A stretch of DNA of 64,000 nt, from NCBI GenBank assembly GCA_022072505.1, contig JAJVHU010000010.1:174170-238169 (forward strand). The letters run 5' to 3'. How positions within the stretch are numbered: position 1 is the first letter of the stretch; each line of letters starts with the position of its first letter. The notes under the pieces were generated by a model, which made no database searches, had not been told where the DNA came from, and was given only the letters and a program-made list of their open reading frames with translations. Made by a program: the position numbers and the translations under genes. This document shows, piece by piece, positions 17,433-26,979 of this stretch. The DNA comes from Phycisphaerae bacterium. GTDB lineage: Bacteria > Planctomycetota > Phycisphaerae > UBA1845.

Positions 17433-18191
17433 TCAAGGGGCGCGCTCCGCGCCCCAGGGGGGCGGGACGTTCCAGTCTCCGAGCGCCGAGATCATGTCAC
17501 TGACGGCCAGCGGACGCGGCAGGGCGTACAACTCGCCGTAAGGGACGCCGATCATCCCCCCCTCGAACCCGGCGGTCGAGCGGATGTAGTGCTGCACGCG
17601 GTCGAGGCGCTCGGCGTCGAACTGCGACCGGTAGCAGGCGACCGCCGCGAGCTTCTGCTCGAGCGTCTCCGTGATGTCCACGACGAAGCGGGAGGGCCAG
17701 TGCGTCACCTCGGCTGCGGACGGGACCGGGCGGTAGACGAGATGATCCACGCGGAACGGGGGCGTGCCGTCAAAGCGGTCGTCCCACTTCGTCAGTTGGG
17801 CGTAGAACCGGGAGGCCTCGCCGATGAGCTGCCCCTGCCAGTGATCGGGTGAGGCGGCGGGCGTGCGCCCGGCCATCACCACGAGGATGCGCGGGCGGTG
17901 CTGTCTGATGACGGAGGCGAGGGCGAAGCGCGCCTCGGGTCCGTCCATCAACATCCGGTTGGGCATCGTCAGCGTGCGGCAGAGGTGGACGCCGAGGATC
18001 GCGGCGGCTTCCGCGGATTCGCGGGCGCGTGTTTCCGGCGTGCCGCGCGGCGTGGGTTCGCCGGAGGTCATATGAATCATGCCGACGCGGCGCCCCTGCC
18101 GGACGAGGCGTGCGATCGCGCCGCCCATCCCGATCTCAAGGTCATCCGGATGCGGCGCGGTAAAAAGGACGTCCAGCGCGTCGAAGCTCAT
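17433..18191 (-). CDS. PIG-L/LmbE family N-acetylglucosaminyl deacetylase
   Basis: LFTAPHPDDLEIGMGGAIARL...MIHMTSGE... is the characteristic PIG-L N-terminus. Confidence 0.85.
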   Translation of the reverse strand: MSFDALDVLFTAPHPDDLEIGMGGAIARLVRQGRRVGMIHMTSGEPTPRGTPETRARESAEAAAILGVHLCRTLTMPNRMLMDGPEARFALASVIRQHRPRILVVMAGRTPAASPDHWQGQLIGEASRFYAQLTKWDDRFDGTPPFRVDHLVYRPVPSAAEVTHWPSRFVVDITETLEQKLAAVACYRSQFDAERLDRVQHYIRSTAGFEGGMIGVPYGELYALPRPLAVSDMISALGDWNVPPPWGAERAP

Positions 18192-18377
18192 TGCGTTGCC
18201 CTCGGATTACAGAACCGGTTCCGGAGAGGGATCATACCGCGCCGCGTCGGGCGCTCGACCCGGGACCGCCGCGGGCGGGCGCCCGCGGCGCGCCTTCGCT
18301 CGCCGGAACGCCCGATCCGTGATAGGTTATGCCGCGTATTTCGGAGGCGGCCGCCTCCTTTGCGGAGATTGCGTCAC

Positions 18378-19670
18378 ATGCCAGGTTCACGAGTTTCACG
18401 TCGCCGGTTTCTTCAATCCACGGGCGCTTCGATCGGCGCGTTTACGATCGTGCCGCGGCACGTGCTGGGCGGTCGCGGATACACGCCGCCGAGCGAGGTC
18501 ATCACCCGCGCGGTCATCGGCACGGGCGGGATGGGCATCGCCGGACACGTCACGACGAACGAGGAAGGCGCGCCGCCGGTGACGCTGGCGGTCTGCGACG
18601 TGGACGCGAAGCATCTTGCGGAGGGGATGAAGAAGGCGGGTCGAAGCTGTGAGGCGTACGACGACTGGCGCAAGGTGCTGGAGCGGCGGGACATCGACAC
18701 GATCCACGTGGCGACGCCGCCGCACTGGCACGCGCTGATCGCCATCGCCGCGGCGCAATGCGGTTTCGACATCCTTTGCGAGAAGCCGCTGACGCGCACG
18801 ATCGGGGAGGGGGCGGCGCTGTGCGAGGCGGTTCGGCGTTACGGGCGCGTGCTTCAGGTGAACACGCATTTCCGGTTCGAGAATTACTACGCCTTCGGCG
18901 CGTCGAAGCTGCTGCGGAAGCTGGTGGACAGCGGGCTGCTGGGCAAGCCGCTGACGATCCGGGTGTCGCGCGACCTCGGGTTCGACTGGAAGCTGAAGAT
19001 GTGGAGCGGGCGGACGGACCTGTCGCCGCAACCGGTTCCGGCTGAGTTGAACTACGAGATGTGGCTGGGGCCTGCGCCGGTCAAACCGTATCACGCCCAC
19101 CGGGTTCACCAGAGTTTCCGGGGATACTGGGATTATGACGGCGGCGGACTGGGCGACATGGGGATGCACTACCTCGACCCGGTGCAGTACCTCCTCGGAA
19201 AGGATGACACGTCGCCGGTGGAGGCGAGCGCCACGGCGCCCTGGCCGGCGCACCCGGACGCCGCGGGACTCTGGGACGAGGTCCAGCTCGTCTACGCGGA
19301 CGGAGATACGATCATCCTCAAGAGCGGGGAGTGGGGCGCGCCTGACGCAGCCGGTCAGCCCTTCATCTCCGGTCCGAAAGGCAAGGTCTTCGCCAACTAC
19401 CGCACGGAGCCCGCGGGGTTGTTCGACCAACTTGCCGCCGTCCCCGATCCGCCGCCGCTGGTGAACTTCGAGACGGCGGTGAGGACGCGGCAACAACCCG
19501 GCGGAAACGTCAATGCGGCGCACCGCTCGTGTACGTTGGTGAATCTTGCGGTGATCGCGGTGCGCCTCGGTCGGACGCTGAAATACGAACCGGCGGCGCA
19601 GAGGTTCGTCGCAGACGAGGAGGCGAACCGTCTCGCGCGTCAGCCGATGCGGGCGCCGTGGCACCTGTGA
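18378..19670 (+). CDS. Gfo/Idh/MocA family oxidoreductase with Tat signal
   Basis: Twin-arginine signal SRRRFLQSTGASIGAF. Rossmann start AVIGTGGMGIAGH. Motif ILCEKPLT. Confidence 0.85.
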   Translation: MPGSRVSRRRFLQSTGASIGAFTIVPRHVLGGRGYTPPSEVITRAVIGTGGMGIAGHVTTNEEGAPPVTLAVCDVDAKHLAEGMKKAGRSCEAYDDWRKVLERRDIDTIHVATPPHWHALIAIAAAQCGFDILCEKPLTRTIGEGAALCEAVRRYGRVLQVNTHFRFENYYAFGASKLLRKLVDSGLLGKPLTIRVSRDLGFDWKLKMWSGRTDLSPQPVPAELNYEMWLGPAPVKPYHAHRVHQSFRGYWDYDGGGLGDMGMHYLDPVQYLLGKDDTSPVEASATAPWPAHPDAAGLWDEVQLVYADGDTIILKSGEWGAPDAAGQPFISGPKGKVFANYRTEPAGLFDQLAAVPDPPPLVNFETAVRTRQQPGGNVNAAHRSCTLVNLAVIAVRLGRTLKYEPAAQRFVADEEANRLARQPMRAPWHL

Positions 19671-19723
19671 CGCGAAGATTCCGCTACGGCGCGGAGGATG
19701 GCTTTCTCAAGGGGCGATCGACG

Positions 19724-20929
19724 ATGCTTCCGACGTTCTGTCTCTTTCTGATCAGCGTTGCGCAAGTCGGACCGGACAAGGCGCCGCTGCGCGCCGAAGC
19801 CGCGCAGGCGTCCCGGGACTGGCCTTCGTTTCGGGGGGACGCCCGCCTGACGGGCGTGAGCGCGGGGCGGTTGCCGGAGCGGTTGAGTCTGCGGTGGACG
19901 TTCCGCGCGCCGGAGGCGATCACCTCGACGGCGGCGATCGTGGACGGCGTCGTGTACGTCGGGTGCGACGACGGAGCGCTTTACGCCTTGTCGCTTGCGG
20001 ACGGAGCGGTCCGGTGGACATACGCGACGTCGAACGCGATCCGCTCGTCGCCGGCCGTGCATCGGGGCGTCGTCTACTTCGGGAACGACGACGGCGAACT
20101 GCACGCGGTGGACGCGGCGAGGGGTGAAAAAAGGTGGATGTACAAGACGGACGGCGAGATCATTTCGTCCGTGAACGTGGGGTCGTCGAACACGTCCGGC
20201 GCGAAAGACGGCGAGCCTTCCGCGGGGCGGGACGCTCTGCTCTTTTTCGGGTCATACGACGATCACCTTTATGCGCTGCGCGTCGCGGACGGGTCGCTGG
20301 CGTGGAAGTATCAGACCGCCGGCCGCGTTCACGGCACGCCCAGCGTGGTTGGCGACCGGGTGCTCGTCGCCGGTTGCGACGAGTTGCTTCACGTCGTCGC
20401 GTCGGCTGACGGGAAAGTCGTGCGCACAGTCAGCCTCGGGTCGATGTCGGGAGCGTCGGCGGCGGCGGCGGACGGGCGCGCTTACGCGGGCACTTACGGA
20501 AACCAGGTGGTCGCCGTGGATGTCGGCGCGGGCCGGACGGTCTGGACGTTCGAGGACCAGGAGCGCCCCTTTCCGTTTCTTTCCTCGGCGGCGGTGACGG
20601 ACAAGGCGGTGATCGTCGGCGGACGGGACAAGCGCGTGCGGGCGCTGTCGATTGCGGACGGGAAACCGCTCTGGGAGGTTGTGACCGGGGGTCGCGTGGA
20701 CGGGTCGCCGGTCGTCTGCGGAACGCGCGTGTACGTCGGGTCGGGCGACGGCAACGTCTACGCGCTGGACGTCGGATCGGGCAGAGAGGTCTGGCGCTAC
20801 GAATCCGGAGCGGGCGTCAGCGCTTCGCCGGCGATCGGAGGCAACCGTCTCGTGATCGGGAACGAGGACGGCACGTTGCTTTGTTTCGGCGAGGCTGCGG
20901 CTGCGAGGGAAGGCGCGGGAAAGGAATAA
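19724..20929 (+). CDS. PQQ-like beta-propeller repeat protein
   Basis: Repeated blocks of the form G.VYVG..DG.LYAL....G...W.Y. N-terminal signal MLPTFCLFLISVAQV. Confidence 0.8.
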   Translation: MLPTFCLFLISVAQVGPDKAPLRAEAAQASRDWPSFRGDARLTGVSAGRLPERLSLRWTFRAPEAITSTAAIVDGVVYVGCDDGALYALSLADGAVRWTYATSNAIRSSPAVHRGVVYFGNDDGELHAVDAARGEKRWMYKTDGEIISSVNVGSSNTSGAKDGEPSAGRDALLFFGSYDDHLYALRVADGSLAWKYQTAGRVHGTPSVVGDRVLVAGCDELLHVVASADGKVVRTVSLGSMSGASAAAADGRAYAGTYGNQVVAVDVGAGRTVWTFEDQERPFPFLSSAAVTDKAVIVGGRDKRVRALSIADGKPLWEVVTGGRVDGSPVVCGTRVYVGSGDGNVYALDVGSGREVWRYESGAGVSASPAIGGNRLVIGNEDGTLLCFGEAAAAREGAGKE

Positions 20930-20996
20930 CGCGGATGCGGCGACGCCTCGCCGGACCGCGCGGGATGACGCGGGAGGGGGAGGACTGGAGCGAGTC

Positions 20997-21911
20997 ATGC
21001 TGATGAACCTTCCGGCCCGCGTGATGATCACGGAGGTGGGTCCGCGCGACGGATTGCAGAACGAACCGGCGCCGGTCCCCGCAGCCGCGAAGATCGCGTT
21101 CATCAATGCCCTGGCGGACGCGGGGCTGACGCAGATCGAGGCGACGTCGTTCGTTCATCCGAAGGCGGTCCCGCAGCTTGCGGACGCGGAGGAGGTTTGC
21201 CGGGGTCTGCCCTCACGGCCGGAAGTCACGTTTTCCGCGCTGACGCCGAACCTGCGGGGATATGAGCGTGCGGCGGCGTGCGGGGTGCGGCGGATCGCGG
21301 TGTTCACGGCGGCGTCGGAGACCTTCGCCCGGCGGAACATCAACATGTCGATCGCGGAGTCGCTGTCGACGTTCGAGTCGGTGATGCGGGCGGCGCGTCG
21401 GGACGGCGTGAGCGTCCGGGGGTACGTGTCCACGTGCTTCGCTTGCCCTTATGAAGGCGAGGTGGACCGGCGACGGGTGCTCGAGGTGACTCGCGCGCTT
21501 CTGGATCTCGGCGTGGATGAGGCGGCGATCAGCGACACGATCGGGACGGCGGCGCCCACCGACGTCTTCACGACGGTGGGCTACGTCCTTCAGCACGTTC
21601 CGCGCGAGCGGATCGCGCTGCACTTTCATGACACGTGCGGGACGGCGCTGGCGAACGTCGCGGCGGGGCTGGAGCTGGGCGTCACGCGGTTCGACGGGTC
21701 GGCGGGCGGGCTCGGCGGGTGTCCTTATGCGCCCGGCGCCGCGGGGAACCTCGCGACGGAAGACCTTGTGTACATGCTCGAACGCATGAACGTCTCGACC
21801 GGCGTGGATCTGCGGAAGCTGGTTGCGGCGGCCCGCGGGATCCACGAGGCGATCGGCGGAAAAGCGCCGAGTCGTCAGATGCGGCGGCTGGAGCCGGGGC
21901 GCGGCACGTAA
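20997..21911 (+). CDS. Hydroxymethylglutaryl-CoA lyase
   Basis: ITEVGPRDGLQNE near the N-terminus, HFHDTCGTALANV, and GGLGGCPYAPGAAGNLATEDLVYML. Confidence 0.9.
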   Translation: MLMNLPARVMITEVGPRDGLQNEPAPVPAAAKIAFINALADAGLTQIEATSFVHPKAVPQLADAEEVCRGLPSRPEVTFSALTPNLRGYERAAACGVRRIAVFTAASETFARRNINMSIAESLSTFESVMRAARRDGVSVRGYVSTCFACPYEGEVDRRRVLEVTRALLDLGVDEAAISDTIGTAAPTDVFTTVGYVLQHVPRERIALHFHDTCGTALANVAAGLELGVTRFDGSAGGLGGCPYAPGAAGNLATEDLVYMLERMNVSTGVDLRKLVAAARGIHEAIGGKAPSRQMRRLEPGRGT

Positions 21912-21919
21912 GACGTTTT

Positions 21920-23005
21920 CTAGTCGTGCCGAGTTCCGGGTCTTGCGGGCGGCGGGGCGGGGTGGCGCGACTCCGTCTCGATCTTCTGGATTTCAGCGCG
22001 GAGGTTGTGCAGCGCCGCGCGCACGCTGTCGAGGAAGCGATCGACCTGATGCTGACCCTTGTGCGGCGGAAGATGCCCCTCCTCGAGCAGGTCAACGAGT
22101 TCAAGGATAAGCGCGGCGAACCAGTCCCGGTCGTGGGACCGGACCTGGGCGACGGCTTCGTGATAGCGGCGCTCGGCGTCGCGGTACTCGGGGGCGTCGT
22201 GCGGGGTGGTGCGGACGACGACATGAAAGCGGTGGATGACGTTGGCGAGGGTTCGGATCTCGGCGGCGACGGCGCGTTCCCGGTCGATGAGGGCGCGGGC
22301 AGCGCGTTGATGCTCGCGGTCCTGCGAGGCTGCGATCATCGCGTCGCGGACGGCGCGGAAGCGGTCGTCCGGCAGGACGACCGGGCGCAGGGCATGCACC
22401 GTCGAGAGGCGGCGCAAGGCGCGGGCGGCGGCTTCATGATCGCCGCGGCGAGCCGCGTCCACGGCGCGCTGCTCCAGCTTGTCGACGTGGGCCTCGAGCG
22501 AGACGCGGCGATCCGCGAGGTGGGCGAGGACGCGTTCGCAGCGCGCCACTTGCTCCGCGTCGATCTGCGCCGGGTGAGCCGCGAGCAGAGCGTTGATGCG
22601 GTCGAGCGCGGCGCGGGCGCGGAGCTCGTCAAAACGGACAAGGTGATCGTGAAACTCGTGCTGCAACTGATTGAAGGCAAAATGTACGCGCTCGCTCGTC
22701 CACGTCCGCGGCTCCGCGCCGCCGGATGCGGACTCCTGCAAGGGCCGGTCCGTGACGGGGCGCGTGACCGGGGTGACTTCGGCCGGCCGTGAGAGATCCG
22801 CGCGGAGTTGCGCGACGACGGAGCGAAGCATGTTCTGAAGCTCGGGGTCGGCGTGAACCTCCGGATCCGCCAGCCCCCGCGCCTCAACCCGGCCGAGGGT
22901 GGGCAGGTCGCGTCCCTCACGAAGAATCTGCGACCGCCATCGCTCAAAAAGCTGCTCGCGGCGCCGGGCGTCGTGAGTGTGCTCGACCTGGACTCGGCGA
23001 GGCAT
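21920..23005 (-). CDS. Hypothetical helical protein
   Basis: Long ORF with reasonable amino-acid composition and no motif I recognise. ATG at 23005. Confidence 0.45.
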   Translation of the reverse strand: MPRRVQVEHTHDARRREQLFERWRSQILREGRDLPTLGRVEARGLADPEVHADPELQNMLRSVVAQLRADLSRPAEVTPVTRPVTDRPLQESASGGAEPRTWTSERVHFAFNQLQHEFHDHLVRFDELRARAALDRINALLAAHPAQIDAEQVARCERVLAHLADRRVSLEAHVDKLEQRAVDAARRGDHEAAARALRRLSTVHALRPVVLPDDRFRAVRDAMIAASQDREHQRAARALIDRERAVAAEIRTLANVIHRFHVVVRTTPHDAPEYRDAERRYHEAVAQVRSHDRDWFAALILELVDLLEEGHLPPHKGQHQVDRFLDSVRAALHNLRAEIQKIETESRHPAPPPARPGTRHD

Positions 23006-23067
23006 GATCGGGGGATTATACCCTCCCGGCGCGGACCGCAACGCGCCAAGCGGGGCGCCCGCCGGGC

Positions 23068-26000
23068 ATGAGTTGGCAGCCGCCGCCGCCGAAAGTAATG
23101 TCCTGCGTCGTGCCGCAGATACAGCCCACGCCCGAGCAGATTCGCGCCATCCGAACGACCGGTGTTCCGGTGCTGGTCAGCGCGGCGGCGGGATCCGGGA
23201 AGACGTCGGTCCTCGCTCAGCGCTGCGTTCATCTCGTTTGCGACGCGCCGCCGCCGCACCGCTGCGACCTGGATAAGCTGCTCGTGCTGACGTTCACGGA
23301 GGCGGCGGCGACCGAAATGCGGGCGCGCATCGTCGGACTGCTCAGGAGCCGTCTCGAAGCCTCTCCTGAGGACGTGCGGCTGCGTGAGCAGTGCGCCCTG
23401 GCGGACCTGGCGCACATCTCGACGGTGCATGCGTTCTGCAACGACCTGATCCGCCGGCATTTCCTTGACGCGGGGATCGACCCGGGCGCGACCATCCTTT
23501 CCGAGGAGGAAGCGGACATTCTCGCTACGGCGGTGCGAGACGAACTCTTCGAGACGCTTTACCGCGCCGCGACGGATCCCGCGCATCCTGAACATGAAGC
23601 TGGTCGCGGCTTTGTGCGGCTGATCGACGATTACGGACTGGGAGACGACCGGACGGCGGCGGAGTTCGTTCTTCGGCTGGCGGCATTTCTGGACAGTGTG
23701 CCCGACCCGCCGGGGTGGATCCGTGCGGCGCGACGTCGGCTGTCGGGCGGGGCGGAGATCATGTTGGCGGAGGCCGCGGCGATGTTGGCGCGGGAGGCGC
23801 GGGCGTCGGCTTCAGGGGCGCGGGCGGTGCTCCGCCGACCGGCGATCAAGGACGATCGCGTGCTTCAGGTTCGCGCGGAGTTGCAAGGTCTTGCCGATCA
23901 GTTGGACGCGGGCGCGGACCGGCTGGCGGAGATCGCCGGCGGGGTCGGCGTCCACGAGGCGGGGGGCGCATCCGCGTCGTTCGAGGCGCTGCGCGCGGAA
24001 CTTGCGGCGATCGATCCGCGGAAGCCGCCGGGCGCGCGGCGGAACAAGCGAGACCCGTCGCCGGAGGACGAGGCGCTCAACCGGGCGCTGGATGATTTCG
24101 ACGCGGTGGTCGGGCGTTTCAAGAAGCGCGTGCAGGAAGGCGTGACGCTCTTTACGACGGAGGAGCTTCTTGACGGGCTGACGCGCACCACGCCTTATGC
24201 GCACGCGCTGCTGACGCTCGTCGAGTTGTTTCGTGCCGCTTATGCGGAACGAAAGCGGCTTGAGAACGTGCTCGACTTCGCCGATCTGGAGCGGTTTGCG
24301 CTGCGCGTGCTGGTCGGCGACGGAAACGAGGGGCGGTCCGGCGGAGCGGAGACGGAGGCCGCGCAGGAGGCGCGGCGCCGGTTCAAGCACGTACTGGTCG
24401 ACGAGTTTCAGGACATCAATCCGGTGCAGGCGGCGATCCTCGCGGCGGTGAGCCGCGAGGATGAGGCGTCGGGGAACCTTTTTGTCGTCGGGGACGTAAA
24501 ACAGAGCATCTACCGGTTCCGGCTGGCTGAGCCGGCGATCTTTCTGGAGCGGGCCAAGGCGCTGGGGGCGCTCGGCGACGGCGGGTGCGTCGTTCCGTTG
24601 CAGCACAATTTCCGCAGCAGTTCGAAGGTGATCGAGTTCGTCAACCTCGTGTTCGAGGCGGCGTGGCGACCCGGGAGCGGGTTGATCGACTACGACGACG
24701 CGGCGCGCCTGCGTCATGCGCGGGCGGAGCGCCCGGAGTGGATCGCGCCGGCGGTTGAGGTCCACCTGATCCCGCGGCGACCGGTGGACGGGGGCGCTTT
24801 TGAGGACGAGCAGCCGGAGTCGCCGGAAGCAGACGGCGGAGAGGATCCTTCGCAGTGGGCGGCGATCGAGCGAGAGGCGCATCTGATCGGGATGCGGATT
24901 CTCCGTCTGACGGCTGAAGGCGCCGCGCGGCGCGACGGGAAGCCGCTGGGGTTCGCGGACTTCGCGGTGCTGGTCCGTGCGGCGCGGGTGAACGCGAGAC
25001 TGATCGAGCGGATGCTGACGCGTCGGGGCATCCCGGCGTACGCGGACGCGGGGGGCGACTTTCTGGAGTCGCGGGAGATCCGGGAGGCGATCGCAGCGCT
25101 GCGCGTGCTGGACAACCCTCGGCAGGACGTGCCGCTGGCGTCGGCGTTGCGGTCCGGGATGTTCGGCCCCTCGTTGAGCGCGACGGAACTGGTCGAGGTC
25201 CGTCTCGCGTCGCCCGGCGTTCCGTTTCACCTGGCGGCGGCGCGATATGCGGACAACGGGGGAAACCGCGGGTTGCGCGACCGACTTCGAGAGGTCTTCG
25301 AGACGATCGCCTGCTTCCGTCGGTTCGCGCGTGAGCGTCCGCCGGCGGAGGTTCTCGGGGAGTTGTACGACCGGTCGGGACATCTGGCGCGGGCGGGCGG
25401 CGCGCCGCACGGCGCGGCGCGCCGTGCGAACCTGCTGAAGCTGCACGATCACGCCTGCCGGTTCGCCACGTTCCACCGTCAGGGGCTGCACCGTTTCCTG
25501 CGTTACGTGGAGTTGCTGGAGGATGAGGCGCGTCGTCCGGCGTCGGCGTCCTCGCGCGGGGGGGGCGCGGATGCGGTGCGGATCATGACGATCCACGCGA
25601 GCAAGGGGCTTCAGTTTCCGGTGGTTTTCGTCGCCGGGCTGGGGGCGGCGCTGAACCGGAAGGATCTGGCGGGGACGCTGCTTTTCGGAAGGGCGCGGGG
25701 GCTGGGTCTGCGGGTCGTCGATCGAGAGAAATTCCTCGAGTATCCGTCCCTGGCGCATCTGCTGGTACGTGACGAGTTGGAGGGTCATCTGGTCGAGGAG
25801 GAGATGCGCGTCCTTTATGTGGCGATGACGCGTGCGGAGGACCGGCTGATCCTGACGGCGAGTCCTCGCGTCATGCCGGAAAACGACGGCAGCGAGGTCG
25901 GCATCGACAATGACGCCGCGACAGCGGCGCTGCGGGCGGCGGATGCGCCGATCAACTGGATCCTCGCCGCGTTGCGCCGAGTCGGGCCGGACCGGGTGTC

Positions 26001-26946
26001 CTGGGGATCGGGAGGCGAGGACGCGGGGACGGAGCGGTTGCCGACGAGCGCGGCGGCGGGGGTCTTTGCGTGGACTTCGGAGGTTGTCGGCCAAGGTTTG
26101 CCTGAAGGAGAGGCGTCGGGAGGGCGCGCCGCGAACCTCCGCAGGGCGGTCGCCGGGCTTGCGCCTCTGCCCGAGGGCGAGCCCGTCAACTCGGGGGACG
26201 CGGCGCGCGAGGTGTTGACCCGCGTGGAGTATCTTTATCCGCATCTTGCCGCCTCGTCGGTTCCGGCCGTGACGGCGGCGAGCGAGTTGAAGCGTGCGTT
26301 CGGCGACGCCGCGGATGCGCATGAGACGCGCGTCGGGACGACGGCGCCGCCGTCGCCGGCGGAGTCGGGGGCCGGGGCTGACGCGGCCCGGCGGCGCGGG
26401 ATCGCGACGCACCGGCTGCTGCAACACCTGGAGTTCCCGCGCGCCCTCCGGGAAGGACCGGACCCCCAGGTGGCGGAGTTGATTGCGCGGCGGGTTCTGT
26501 CGGCGGAAGACGCGGACTTGATCGAAGTGGAGGCGGTGGCGTGGTTTCTCGGCACGCCGCTTGCTCTGCGTCTTGCGTCGCCCGGGGCGATCCTGCACCG
26601 CGAGTTGGCGTTTATTGAGCTGGGGCCGGCTGGGCCCGCTGGGTCGGTGGAGGGCGGCATCGTGAACGCGGCGGAGGACCGGGTGCTTGTCCGGGGGATT
26701 GTCGATCTGGCGCTGGAGGAAGACGAGGCGATCGAGCTGGTGGATTACAAGACGGACCGCGTGGCGGCGGAGGCGGTTCCGAGGCGCGCGACGGAGTACG
26801 CGCCTCAGGTGTCGTCGTACGCGCGGGCGATGGCGAAGGTGTTCAGGAAGCCGGTGACGGCGTGTCATCTGGTGTTTCTGTCGGCTCGGCGCGTGATCGC
26901 GTCGGCGGAGGCGCGGGCGTTGGACGCTGCCGGACGAGCCCGGTAG
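23068..26946 (+). CDS. addA: UvrD/Rep-type helicase fused to a PD-(D/E)XK nuclease (AddA/RecB-like)
   Basis: Walker A VSAAAGSGKTSVL, motifs VDEFQDINPVQ and VGDVKQSIYRFR. C-terminal nuclease motif GIVDLALEEDEAIELVDYKTD. 1292 aa. Confidence 0.85.
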   Translation: MSWQPPPPKVMSCVVPQIQPTPEQIRAIRTTGVPVLVSAAAGSGKTSVLAQRCVHLVCDAPPPHRCDLDKLLVLTFTEAAATEMRARIVGLLRSRLEASPEDVRLREQCALADLAHISTVHAFCNDLIRRHFLDAGIDPGATILSEEEADILATAVRDELFETLYRAATDPAHPEHEAGRGFVRLIDDYGLGDDRTAAEFVLRLAAFLDSVPDPPGWIRAARRRLSGGAEIMLAEAAAMLAREARASASGARAVLRRPAIKDDRVLQVRAELQGLADQLDAGADRLAEIAGGVGVHEAGGASASFEALRAELAAIDPRKPPGARRNKRDPSPEDEALNRALDDFDAVVGRFKKRVQEGVTLFTTEELLDGLTRTTPYAHALLTLVELFRAAYAERKRLENVLDFADLERFALRVLVGDGNEGRSGGAETEAAQEARRRFKHVLVDEFQDINPVQAAILAAVSREDEASGNLFVVGDVKQSIYRFRLAEPAIFLERAKALGALGDGGCVVPLQHNFRSSSKVIEFVNLVFEAAWRPGSGLIDYDDAARLRHARAERPEWIAPAVEVHLIPRRPVDGGAFEDEQPESPEADGGEDPSQWAAIEREAHLIGMRILRLTAEGAARRDGKPLGFADFAVLVRAARVNARLIERMLTRRGIPAYADAGGDFLESREIREAIAALRVLDNPRQDVPLASALRSGMFGPSLSATELVEVRLASPGVPFHLAAARYADNGGNRGLRDRLREVFETIACFRRFARERPPAEVLGELYDRSGHLARAGGAPHGAARRANLLKLHDHACRFATFHRQGLHRFLRYVELLEDEARRPASASSRGGGADAVRIMTIHASKGLQFPVVFVAGLGAALNRKDLAGTLLFGRARGLGLRVVDREKFLEYPSLAHLLVRDELEGHLVEEEMRVLYVAMTRAEDRLILTASPRVMPENDGSEVGIDNDAATAALRAADAPINWILAALRRVGPDRVSWGSGGEDAGTERLPTSAAAGVFAWTSEVVGQGLPEGEASGGRAANLRRAVAGLAPLPEGEPVNSGDAAREVLTRVEYLYPHLAASSVPAVTAASELKRAFGDAADAHETRVGTTAPPSPAESGAGADAARRRGIATHRLLQHLEFPRALREGPDPQVAELIARRVLSAEDADLIEVEAVAWFLGTPLALRLASPGAILHRELAFIELGPAGPAGSVEGGIVNAAEDRVLVRGIVDLALEEDEAIELVDYKTDRVAAEAVPRRATEYAPQVSSYARAMAKVFRKPVTACHLVFLSARRVIASAEARALDAAGRAR

Positions 26947-26979
26947 TTTCCCTGCGCGGGCAGCGGAGCGAGAACGGAA

